Assembly: GCA_016182565.1 (NCBI GenBank)
Contig: JACPGI010000003.1
Span: 70,206 to 134,205, forward strand
Source of the DNA: a candidate division WWE3 bacterium
Lineage (GTDB): Bacteria > Patescibacteriota > WWE3 > UBA101185 > UBA10185
Length of the DNA stretch: 64,000 nucleotides
Direction of reading: 5' to 3'
A program made the position numbers and the translations under genes. The notes under the pieces were generated by a model, which searched no databases, was not told the origin of the DNA, and saw only the letters and a list, made by a program, of their open reading frames with translations. The first letter of the stretch is position 1; every line of letters begins with the position of its first letter. Positions 56,795 to 64,000 of this stretch are shown here, piece by piece.

Positions 56795-57580
56795 TTAGTT
56801 TTTTGCATTGCCTAATCTTTCCTTATTTCCAAAGAATAGATAATTATCGGATACAACAGGGCAGTTTACTTTTTGAATTTTCAAGTTTGGGATAAATTTT
56901 CCTAGTTTCTTAGATGTTGCATCCAAAGTGGTGGTATCATTTTTTTTAATAACTCGATTAAAAATAAGAAATGTGTCATCAGAGGCAAGCTGAGTTAAGT
57001 TTTCAAGGAATTTATCTGATTTTATATTATCCGGATATTGATCTCCCAAATAAGTATCAATAATTATACAATCGAAATGTCTTTCCAGATGATAGTTTTC
57101 TGGCTGTTCTAATACAGTATAAGCGTCGGCAATTATTATTTTATTGTTTGTAAGTTTATCTATTTCAAAGTATTTTTTTGCAATATCAACAATAACCTCA
57201 TCAATTTCAACGGCTGTTGTCTGTAAATTTTTTCCCAGCATTTGGTTTAAAAGTTTAAGCATGGTCCCTGCTCCCATACCAAGTAAGAGAACTGATTTTA
57301 AGTTTGGCACATTTCTTATGATATTTGCAGTTATTTCACCCCACACCTTACTCGTTGTAGATTTCTGGTTCCCTTCGAAGGATTGTACAAGTCCATTTAC
57401 TATTAATTTCTTTGTTTTTCCTATTTGAATCACTTTTATATCACGGCTATATTTTGTGCTTCCTTGAAATAGCACCTTAGGTATTAAAAAATCGAAAATA
57501 AACATATGTGACATAATAATATTAAATGGATTATAACGATATAAGACAGTCAGATAATTGGTCACAATATTTACAAACAT
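56795..57580 (-). CDS. Spermidine-synthase-like (PABS fold) protein
   Basis: VLLLGMGAGTMLKLL...TAVEIDEVIVDIAKKYF...DCIIIDTY parallels SpeE VLIIGGGDGG...VEID..V....KYFP...DVIIVDssDP. Confidence 0.5.
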   Translation of the reverse strand: MFVNIVTNYLTVLYRYNPFNIIMSHMFIFDFLIPKVLFQGSTKYSRDIKVIQIGKTKKLIVNGLVQSFEGNQKSTTSKVWGEITANIIRNVPNLKSVLLLGMGAGTMLKLLNQMLGKNLQTTAVEIDEVIVDIAKKYFEIDKLTNNKIIIADAYTVLEQPENYHLERHFDCIIIDTYLGDQYPDNIKSDKFLENLTQLASDDTFLIFNRVIKKNDTTTLDATSKKLGKFIPNLKIQKVNCPVVSDNYLFFGNKERLGNAKN

Positions 57581-58383
57581 ATGGGTGGAATTCTCAAAGG
57601 CTTTCCGGAGGGAACGTAATTAGATTTAATAAGTTCTTATTTACAAAACGTGCATCCATGCAGCTTCCTAAGCCTCTTAATAAAACTGACCTAGCCGAGA
57701 TAGAACGTATTTGTAGAAAGAACAGAGCTTTATATCTAAAAATAACCCCAAATAATACTCAGGACTTAGATTTATTGATTAACTCAGGTTATAAAAAAAC
57801 AAATAAAATAGAAATCGCCCCAAATACCATGCTTCTTGATCTAACTTCGCAACTTGAGGATATCAAGAAAAAATTTACAGGTAATTGTAGATACTCTATA
57901 CACAACGCGGAAAAAGATGGATGTTATACCACAATTATAAAAAATCCAGACAAAAAAGATGTTGAAGTATTTTATAAAATTATGCAGGAACGAAGTAGAA
58001 AAAAGCATTTTTTCATATTTGGTATCACTGACTTGTTGGCTAAAATCAGCTCGTTTGGCGACCAATCTTTTGTATGCTTTGTTTATAACATTAACAATGA
58101 GTTACTTGGTGCAAAGATGTTTTTAGGTTTCAAAGAAACTATTTATGGAATTCATAGTGGGACTACTGAAGCTGGTCAAAAAACAAATGGCGGCTACAAG
58201 CTTCTTATGGACTCTATAGTTTATTTTAAAGAACTTGGTTTTGAAACTATGGATTTAGGAAGCGTTGAGGATAAAAGGCTAAAGGGTCTAACACACACTT
58301 GGAAAAATTATTCTCATTATAAATATGAGTTTAATGGTCAAATTGTTTATTATAACTTTCCGTATATAAGGTGGTTTTGGTAG
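57526..58383 (+). CDS. FemAB/GNAT-fold (Acetyltransf_6-like) acyltransferase, tentative
   Basis: 285 aa with weak resemblance to FemX-like aminoacyltransferases. The genome also encodes sortase substrates. Confidence 0.3.
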   Translation: MDYNDIRQSDNWSQYLQTYGWNSQRLSGGNVIRFNKFLFTKRASMQLPKPLNKTDLAEIERICRKNRALYLKITPNNTQDLDLLINSGYKKTNKIEIAPNTMLLDLTSQLEDIKKKFTGNCRYSIHNAEKDGCYTTIIKNPDKKDVEVFYKIMQERSRKKHFFIFGITDLLAKISSFGDQSFVCFVYNINNELLGAKMFLGFKETIYGIHSGTTEAGQKTNGGYKLLMDSIVYFKELGFETMDLGSVEDKRLKGLTHTWKNYSHYKYEFNGQIVYYNFPYIRWFW

Positions 58384-58395
58384 GGGAGGGGTGTG

Positions 58396-58674
58396 CTATT
58401 CTCCACAAAACATCATCGTACATGCAACTTGACCGTTTTCACAGCTACAGCTGTTGCAACCATCGTCCGACCTAAACCCTTCTCCAGGTTTATAAGTTTT
58501 ACCATTGTATTCACATGATTTTGGAAATAGGTTTATATTGATTGGATTAAGCGGATTCCCTAAATTATTTGGATTTTCAATATTCTGACTAGTTCTAAGA
58601 CTCGCACCAATAAGTACCCCAAATAAAAGGAAGAAAACAAGGGCAAGAATAAATATTGGTTTACTTATCATCAT
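58396..58674 (-). CDS. Small secreted six-Cys protein (protease-inhibitor-like Cys spacing)
   Basis: A signal/TM segment is followed by C-x18-C-N-x-C-x-C-x2-G-x3-C-T-x3-C. Confidence 0.4.
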   Translation of the reverse strand: MMISKPIFILALVFFLLFGVLIGASLRTSQNIENPNNLGNPLNPININLFPKSCEYNGKTYKPGEGFRSDDGCNSCSCENGQVACTMMFCGE

Positions 58675-58776
58675 ACCTTTGTATTTTACTCCGGATCTCT
58701 ACATAGTTCAATTTTACTTAATGCTTTGAAATATGCAGATAGGTGGTGGGTTTTGGTATTAAGTAGACCTATAATT

Positions 58777-59877
58777 TTAGAACCACCTTGAGACTAACTT
58801 TTGAGCGGCAGATGTGTAAGTGTATTGTTCGAGAAAGTCTTTTTGGGTTGGGGGTGCATTCTTTGATTTTATTAGTTTTATTATTTCGGAAATTTGTACA
58901 GCCAAACTCTTAGGGTCTTTCGTTTTTAGAAAATAGACATTTTCAAGATTTGTAAAAAGCTCTTCAGTAGTAGGGTACTTCAAACATATTATCGGTAAAC
59001 CTGCATTTAAAGCTTCAATATAAGTAAATCCCAAAGTTTCCATATCTGAGAGTGATATAAAAACATCATAGTTTGCATACTCCATAAGAAGTTCCCCTCT
59101 TGGCAAAAAATCACGTATTTTTATTCTATTTTCTAAGTGGCAGTTTTTTATTATCCTAGCAACTTCCCCCATGGATCTTCCACTGCCGATTATAGTAAGA
59201 GTCCAATTATTTGTGGGTATACGGGCGAGTGTCTTTACAAGTAGGTCTACATTTTTCCCTTTAACAACTCTTCCCGTATATAAAAGATTTAAAACGAGTT
59301 TATTTTTAAGAGTGACCTTAGTTTTTATATTTGTTTTATTTAGAATTGGGTATGGGTATATTTGTGTTTTAGTTTTCTTAATGCCAAGTTTTGTGTTTAG
59401 GAATATGGCTGCGGTTTTAGATGGTACAGCAAAATAATCTACGAATTTGAAACATAGACGTAGATAAAGTATCACAAACATTTCTAATATTTTATTAATT
59501 GACGCAAACTTAGTTTCATGATTTTTAAAATAGTATGTATGAAAATATGCAAGCGTGTGTATTTTAAATATTTTTCCGCAAATCAAACCAATCCAATAAG
59601 TAGAAAAACTTTCATTTAGTATTATTAATTTTGGTTGGTGCAACTTAATAAAACCCACTGCATGTATGAGGTCAAAGGTGAGAATTGGAAGAATAAGTGG
59701 TCTTAAAAAACAGCATTGTAGCTTATACTTTGCGAGTTCTTCTTTTGCATAAGGTGTTTTGATAGTGAATAAGACAGGTTCTAGACCCAATTTTTTAAGC
59801 CCAATTGCATAATTTATAGCAGCAAATTGGCTTCCGCCCCCATTTTTACAAATAGTTTCAGTGAAAATAGCAATCAT
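58777..59877 (-). CDS. GT4 family glycosyltransferase
   Basis: The C-terminal METLGFTYIEALNAGLPIIC matches the GT4 E-x7-E region. Confidence 0.7.
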   Translation of the reverse strand: MIAIFTETICKNGGGSQFAAINYAIGLKKLGLEPVLFTIKTPYAKEELAKYKLQCCFLRPLILPILTFDLIHAVGFIKLHQPKLIILNESFSTYWIGLICGKIFKIHTLAYFHTYYFKNHETKFASINKILEMFVILYLRLCFKFVDYFAVPSKTAAIFLNTKLGIKKTKTQIYPYPILNKTNIKTKVTLKNKLVLNLLYTGRVVKGKNVDLLVKTLARIPTNNWTLTIIGSGRSMGEVARIIKNCHLENRIKIRDFLPRGELLMEYANYDVFISLSDMETLGFTYIEALNAGLPIICLKYPTTEELFTNLENVYFLKTKDPKSLAVQISEIIKLIKSKNAPPTQKDFLEQYTYTSAAQKLVSRWF

Positions 59878-59983
59878 CTTTCAATACTAACATGCGGTGT
59901 AATGTGACCTGTGGTCTCTTTTGGTGCCTGTTTTGTATTGTCTATAATCTGACTAAAAGATGGTTTATTAGTCAACTACTATT

Positions 59984-60388
59984 CTAAGTTAAGTCTGTAA
60001 ATGGGTTGTAAGCTATTTCCCAGTAATATCCGTCTGGATCAGCAAAGTACGCTGAATATCCTCCCCAAAACACTTCTTGTGGGTGTTTTATTGGTGTGGC
60101 ACCATGAGATACCGCTAAATCAAAAACCTCGTCTACCATTTGTTTCGATGAAACATTATGAGCTAATGTTATACCACTAAAACCACTTCCATCTGGCGAT
60201 ATAGTGATATCCTCAGCAAGTTTTTCTTTAGGAAAAAGAGACAGCCATGTCCCATCAAGTTCAAAAAGTACATATTCTTTTCCATCTTCATAATTGTGTG
60301 GTATGAATCCAAGACCGTTTTTATAAAAATCCAAGGACTTTTTGAAATTACTCACACCAAGGGTAATAATGCTTATTTTTGGTTTCAT
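59984..60388 (-). CDS. VOC (glyoxalase/bleomycin-resistance fold) family protein
   Basis: MKPKISIITLGVSNFKKSLDFYKNGLGF is a VOC beta-alpha-beta start. The start was moved to the internal Met. Confidence 0.55.
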   Translation of the reverse strand: MKPKISIITLGVSNFKKSLDFYKNGLGFIPHNYEDGKEYVLFELDGTWLSLFPKEKLAEDITISPDGSGFSGITLAHNVSSKQMVDEVFDLAVSHGATPIKHPQEVFWGGYSAYFADPDGYYWEIAYNPFTDLT

Positions 60389-60562
60389 GAAATAATAATA
60401 ACATTGCTGGATGTTACCGTACGCTATTTGAACATTTTTTATCAAGGAGTAACATTAATATATGCGTATATATCACGTAATTAATACTATAGTACTCGTT
60501 GGTCTTTTTTTAGTACATTTACACTTTTTTCACAGCTTAGTAGATTAATTACTAAGTCAGAT

Positions 60563-60922
60563 ATGATTCGGAAATCTCAATTAGAGGTTTTAGAGAAAGT
60601 TAAGTCCCAAACTTCAAATAGTGGTGATAGAGAATACGATGAAACAGAAGTTTCCAGGGGTATTATAAAAAAAGAAATAATCCCTAAGGAATTAGAGTTG
60701 GGAGATTACTGGTACTGGATATATTTTGATGAGCCGTATTTATTGAAAGATAATGCTTCCGGATTCCCCAGGTATGTAAGTAAAATTCAAGTTAGTCCTT
60801 CCCAAAATATAGCTAAAGATTTCGATGAAATGGTAAATATACCTGTTGAAATATTTAGCAGGAAGAGTTGGGGATATGCCGAAAGTAATTTATTTGAAAT
60901 TCTAGCTATCACAAAGCTGTAG
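60563..60922 (+). CDS. Hypothetical protein
   Basis: 119 aa ORF; no motif. Confidence 0.25.
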   Translation: MIRKSQLEVLEKVKSQTSNSGDREYDETEVSRGIIKKEIIPKELELGDYWYWIYFDEPYLLKDNASGFPRYVSKIQVSPSQNIAKDFDEMVNIPVEIFSRKSWGYAESNLFEILAITKL

Positions 60923-60989
60923 TTTTTTCATAGTTGAGATCAGTAAATATGTATTTGCAGAGCGGAATATGGAAAACCAGCCAGTACAA

Positions 60990-61847
60990 CTATAATTTAC
61001 GCTTTAGAAAATCAACAATAAGCTTCGCAAGTTTGCTTTCAGAACCTCCAAAACAGTGATCACTATCATTAAACAAGTGTATTTCTGTGTTCTTATTTTC
61101 TGATCTTAATAATTCAACAGCATCTGTTGTAGGAATAACTGTATATTCTTCACCATCGCTTATAGCACCAAAGATTGGTACGTTTATATTCTGATATGAA
61201 ACCAGACCTTTACCTTGCCTGATTGGAAACGCTTTTGATATCTCAGAATTATCTGAAAAGAAATTAACATAGGATTCAGCGCTTTGGGGTAGTATTCCTG
61301 CATGTGAGAGCCAAATAGAAGTTAGATATTGGTACCCCTTACCTTGTTTTATTAGCTCAATGGCTTCATCCATTGGGTTTATCGTTTGTGATTTCAAGAA
61401 TTTGTAGTGTGTACCATAGGAATCTGCAAAGCCTAGCAATAAGACAGCTTTTACTGTATCTACAAGCTTTCCTTTATTCATATAGTAAACTACCTTTTCT
61501 GTACCAAGACTATGTCCACATAAGATTATATTGCTATAACCTTTATTTTGTAGGAATTCTATCCAAGTATCTATATCAATCACACAATCCTCAAACTTTT
61601 CCACTGATGCCCCTGTTGGTTGCCACGAAGATCCTTGGTCGGCTCCCCTATTATTAACAAGCAATGATGTAATACCTGTTTCTATCAGTTCTCCAGAAAC
61701 TACCTGCATAAAATCTTCACAATAAAAATTACTTGCAGTTCCATGTATAAAGAGCATTGCTGTATCAGACTTTTTACCGCCTTCTAGCAACAAGCCATAA
61801 AGTATAATATTATCTGGTGTTTTTGCTTGTACGATTGGGTTATTCAT
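60990..61847 (-). CDS. Alpha/beta hydrolase
   Basis: It carries the nucleophile elbow GHSLG and a C-terminal His region (DSDHCF). Confidence 0.65.
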   Translation of the reverse strand: MNNPIVQAKTPDNIILYGLLLEGGKKSDTAMLFIHGTASNFYCEDFMQVVSGELIETGITSLLVNNRGADQGSSWQPTGASVEKFEDCVIDIDTWIEFLQNKGYSNIILCGHSLGTEKVVYYMNKGKLVDTVKAVLLLGFADSYGTHYKFLKSQTINPMDEAIELIKQGKGYQYLTSIWLSHAGILPQSAESYVNFFSDNSEISKAFPIRQGKGLVSYQNINVPIFGAISDGEEYTVIPTTDAVELLRSENKNTEIHLFNDSDHCFGGSESKLAKLIVDFLKRKL

Positions 61848-61960
61848 AATTTAATTATACCTTACATAAAAGTTATTGAGGTATAACCACTGAATGACAA
61901 GTACATTTTGCATGTTGGTATGTTTTGCCACTGCACGTTCTATTTGACTGAGCATGTAGT

Positions 61961-62533
61961 TCAGGAACCCAACTCGCTGTCTATAGACATCTTTAGTTTC
62001 TCTAGCAATGAGGGGTACAATTCTTTACCTTTTGTAGTTCGCATTCTGTTTGGAAATTTCTCTTTCCAAAGCTCGTACATTTTTATCCACTCCTCTCTTA
62101 GGAACTTCTCTTTTAAATGGTTAATATCTAACTTACTTAAGTTATCCGCGTCAACTATTATGGCTTCGGTTTCGGTATTAGATTTATGTGCATCTGCAGC
62201 ATCTACTAAATCTAATATAATGGTTATTTCACTTTTGGTGTATTTTAAAGATGTTAGAAGATCTATTATGAATGGTTTAGAGTTTTGGTTTGCCTTTTCC
62301 TCAAATTCTAATAATTTATCAAAAGAAAGTTTTTGTGAAGGAAGAACATCTCTCCAGCCAATATCGTGAATATACGCCGCGATTACTAATAGGTTGATAT
62401 CGTTTCTTCCATTTCCAAGTTCTTTTACCCATTTGACTACGCGTTGCGCATGATTCCAATCGCCATCTCTGCATCTTAGCAAATGAGGTTCAACCAGAGC
62501 CTTGAATAACTCTTCATTAAAAGGAGTCTTCAT
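61961..62533 (-). CDS. HD-domain phosphohydrolase
   Basis: It carries H...HD motifs (HAQRVV ... YIHDIGW). Confidence 0.65.
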   Translation of the reverse strand: MKTPFNEELFKALVEPHLLRCRDGDWNHAQRVVKWVKELGNGRNDINLLVIAAYIHDIGWRDVLPSQKLSFDKLLEFEEKANQNSKPFIIDLLTSLKYTKSEITIILDLVDAADAHKSNTETEAIIVDADNLSKLDINHLKEKFLREEWIKMYELWKEKFPNRMRTTKGKELYPSLLEKLKMSIDSELGS

Positions 62534-62623
62534 ATATTTATTATACCAACGGTTAATATTTTATTTGCATTAAAATTAAAACACGGTTCGGATCTACGCT
62601 TTTGAAAGCGGATATTTACTAGC

Positions 62624-62676
62624 CTTGAAAGACTGTTTGAGGCTTCGTGGTCATCTAAGTGCCCATTCTGGCTGAC
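62624..62676. repeat. Conserved 53 nt intergenic element, copy 1 (CTTGAAAGACTGTTTGAGGCTTCGTGGTCATCTAAGTGCCCATTCTGGCTGAC)
   Basis: About 85% identical to a second copy at 63753-63805 in the same orientation. It is followed by the 5 bp stem GCCCA/TGGGC. Confidence 0.5.
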
Positions 62677-62743
62677 TATTGGGCTTCAAGTTCGAACTAT
62701 AATTAACGCAGAATTGAAAATTGCTACTTATACAAAATATGTG

Positions 62744-63643
62744 CTAACTAAGTGATACTTCTTTTGGTCCCTCAATTGTATAACTTATCACTTTATCACA
62801 CTCACTTAACAACTTATTATCATCAAATAAACTTTGAAATTCGAGTAAACTACTATCTTCATTGGCGGTAACTTGTGCGATTTTATTCAACTTTTCCAGT
62901 TCTTCTGGAGCATAATCCTCTGTTTTGAAATATTTCCTATCAAAGAAAGACATATAATCCCAAGGTAATAGTTCTATTTTATTAAGTGCTAACAGGTCTC
63001 TATAGACATTTGATGAAACAAACCAAGATCCGAATTTATTGATACCGGGGACTCCATATAAATCAGGGTCGTCTTTTTTCGAAGTACATAATTGCCAAGC
63101 CTTTCCCGCTACATAAAAATCTTCTCTTGATATGTTGTCACTTGTTAATCTGATATTGTAGTACTTTTTTTGGAGCTCGCCTAAATTCGCGTCAACTAAT
63201 TTCCATGTGCTAGTCGAGTTATCCCAATATTCGCAAACCCAATGGTCTACTTTATATTTATCATAAAAATATAGTGCAAAACCACACCTTATCCTTGCTG
63301 GTATGTTTTTGTATCGGAGTATGGAGCAAAGGAGTAATGCGTAATCACGGCAAGTCCCTATAAATCTATTTTTTGGTAATCTTGTTGCTGTTAAAGACGA
63401 ATTGTCTAAAGAACTAAGTGTCTGTAAAATTTTAGATACATACCTAGTATCTGCTTCTAGTTTTCTATTTTTAGGTAGCGTTAAACTGTATTGTGTTTGA
63501 AGTGCGTCTCTGTGGACTATTAGCAGATTTACTATGTTTGTGAGTGACTCAATATCTGAAGGCAATTCTTTGTATAGGTGGCCAAATTCTCCTGGGTCAG
63601 AATATTTGCTTTGTTCTATGTAATAGTTAAATTCACCTATCAT
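62744..63643 (-). CDS. Transglutaminase-like cysteine protease superfamily protein
   Basis: Cys in GTCRDYALLLCSILRYKNIPARIRCGF, His in DHWVCEYWD and a downstream Asp match the transglutaminase-core pattern. Confidence 0.6.
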   Translation of the reverse strand: MIGEFNYYIEQSKYSDPGEFGHLYKELPSDIESLTNIVNLLIVHRDALQTQYSLTLPKNRKLEADTRYVSKILQTLSSLDNSSLTATRLPKNRFIGTCRDYALLLCSILRYKNIPARIRCGFALYFYDKYKVDHWVCEYWDNSTSTWKLVDANLGELQKKYYNIRLTSDNISREDFYVAGKAWQLCTSKKDDPDLYGVPGINKFGSWFVSSNVYRDLLALNKIELLPWDYMSFFDRKYFKTEDYAPEELEKLNKIAQVTANEDSSLLEFQSLFDDNKLLSECDKVISYTIEGPKEVSLS

Positions 63644-63752
63644 ATTTTATATAAGTCTATATTATTATAATAATATTTTACATGTACTGAAGATTAGTCC
63701 AAATACTTTACTCTAAGTTTATCCAACTTTTGTTTAGCTTTATTCTTGCTAG

Positions 63753-63805
63753 ATTGAAAGGCTGTTTGAGGTTTCGCAGTCACTTGCGTGCCCATTCTGG
63801 CTGGC
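63753..63805. repeat. Conserved 53 nt intergenic element, copy 2
   Basis: Direct repeat of 62624-62676. It is immediately followed by copies of the A motif (63812-63826) and B motif (63881-63932). Confidence 0.5.
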
Positions 63806-64000
63806 AGTACTGTACGCTATTTGAACTTTATTTAGACTCTAAAAAGATAATTTAGCAATTATTGTATTTGCAGTTTCTTCGGGTGTTTGTTTAGTGTTGT
63901 CTATAATCTGTCCAAAAGAGGGCTTATTAGTTCCAGGTTTGTAGTGATATCTTATTCGCTCTTGTTCTTTACTGCTCAATTCTCTGTTACCTCTATTAGT

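Noticed and set aside
61908-62369. 153 aa plus-strand ORF
   Set aside because: It is antisense to the HD-domain gene, which has clear H/HD motifs, and has no features of its own.
1-64000. Alternative genetic code (for example UGA recoding, as in some CPR lineages)
   Set aside because: A 7.7 kb ORF and many 1-3 kb ORFs are open in the standard code. TGA, TAA and TAG all appear as plausible gene ends. The frame breaks that do occur are at homopolymers and need frameshifts, not stop read-through.

Overview
This 64 kb window is AT-rich bacterial DNA with many short genes, large sortase-dependent surface proteins, glycosyltransferases and no de novo nucleotide biosynthesis genes. That pattern suggests a small-genome, Gram-positive-like bacterium, possibly CPR/Patescibacteria-like, but the taxonomy is not certain. 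The standard genetic code appears to be in use, since there is a 7.7 kb uninterrupted ORF.

Housekeeping genes recognised: ftsE/ftsX with an EnvC-like M23 protein, tsaE and a tsaB-like gene, tmk, a Ham1/RdgB-like gene, truB, uppS, Fe/Mn superoxide dismutase, a csoR-copA copper operon, a PreP-like M16 peptidase, an ABC exporter, a SplB-like radical-SAM protein, and two tRNA-Pro genes.

Accessory content, in order of interest:
- An apparent integrated element (about 15.5-24.6 kb) ends with a large serine recombinase whose stop codon overlaps the 3' end of tRNA-Pro(CGG). The element carries a CHC2/TOPRIM/P-loop primase-helicase and an iteron-rich palindromic region.
- Within that element is a single-chain reverse transcriptase of about 700 aa. 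It has all RT motifs plus a C-terminal helical extension of about 430 aa, which makes it look like an Abi/DRT-type defence RT. It is split by a frameshift in a T8 homopolymer.
- Next to the element is a defence cluster: a Cas4/RecB-like nuclease, a GmrSD-like type IV enzyme (DUF262 plus HNH) and an M.EcoRI-family m6A methyltransferase.
- A nucleotide-centred cluster contains a tandem nucleoside-2-deoxyribosyltransferase-like protein and tmk in a locally GC-richer island, flanked by an HhH-GPD glycosylase-like gene and a Ham1-like gene.
- A 2,567 aa surface protein carries an internal LPATG sorting signal followed in-frame by a signal-peptide-like segment and about 350 more residues. A sortase gene lies immediately downstream.
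- Permuted, conserved intergenic repeats sit around single-gene units at 59.9-63.9 kb.
- A GH27-like gene is broken at two homopolymer tracts.

No CRISPR array and no rRNA genes are present.
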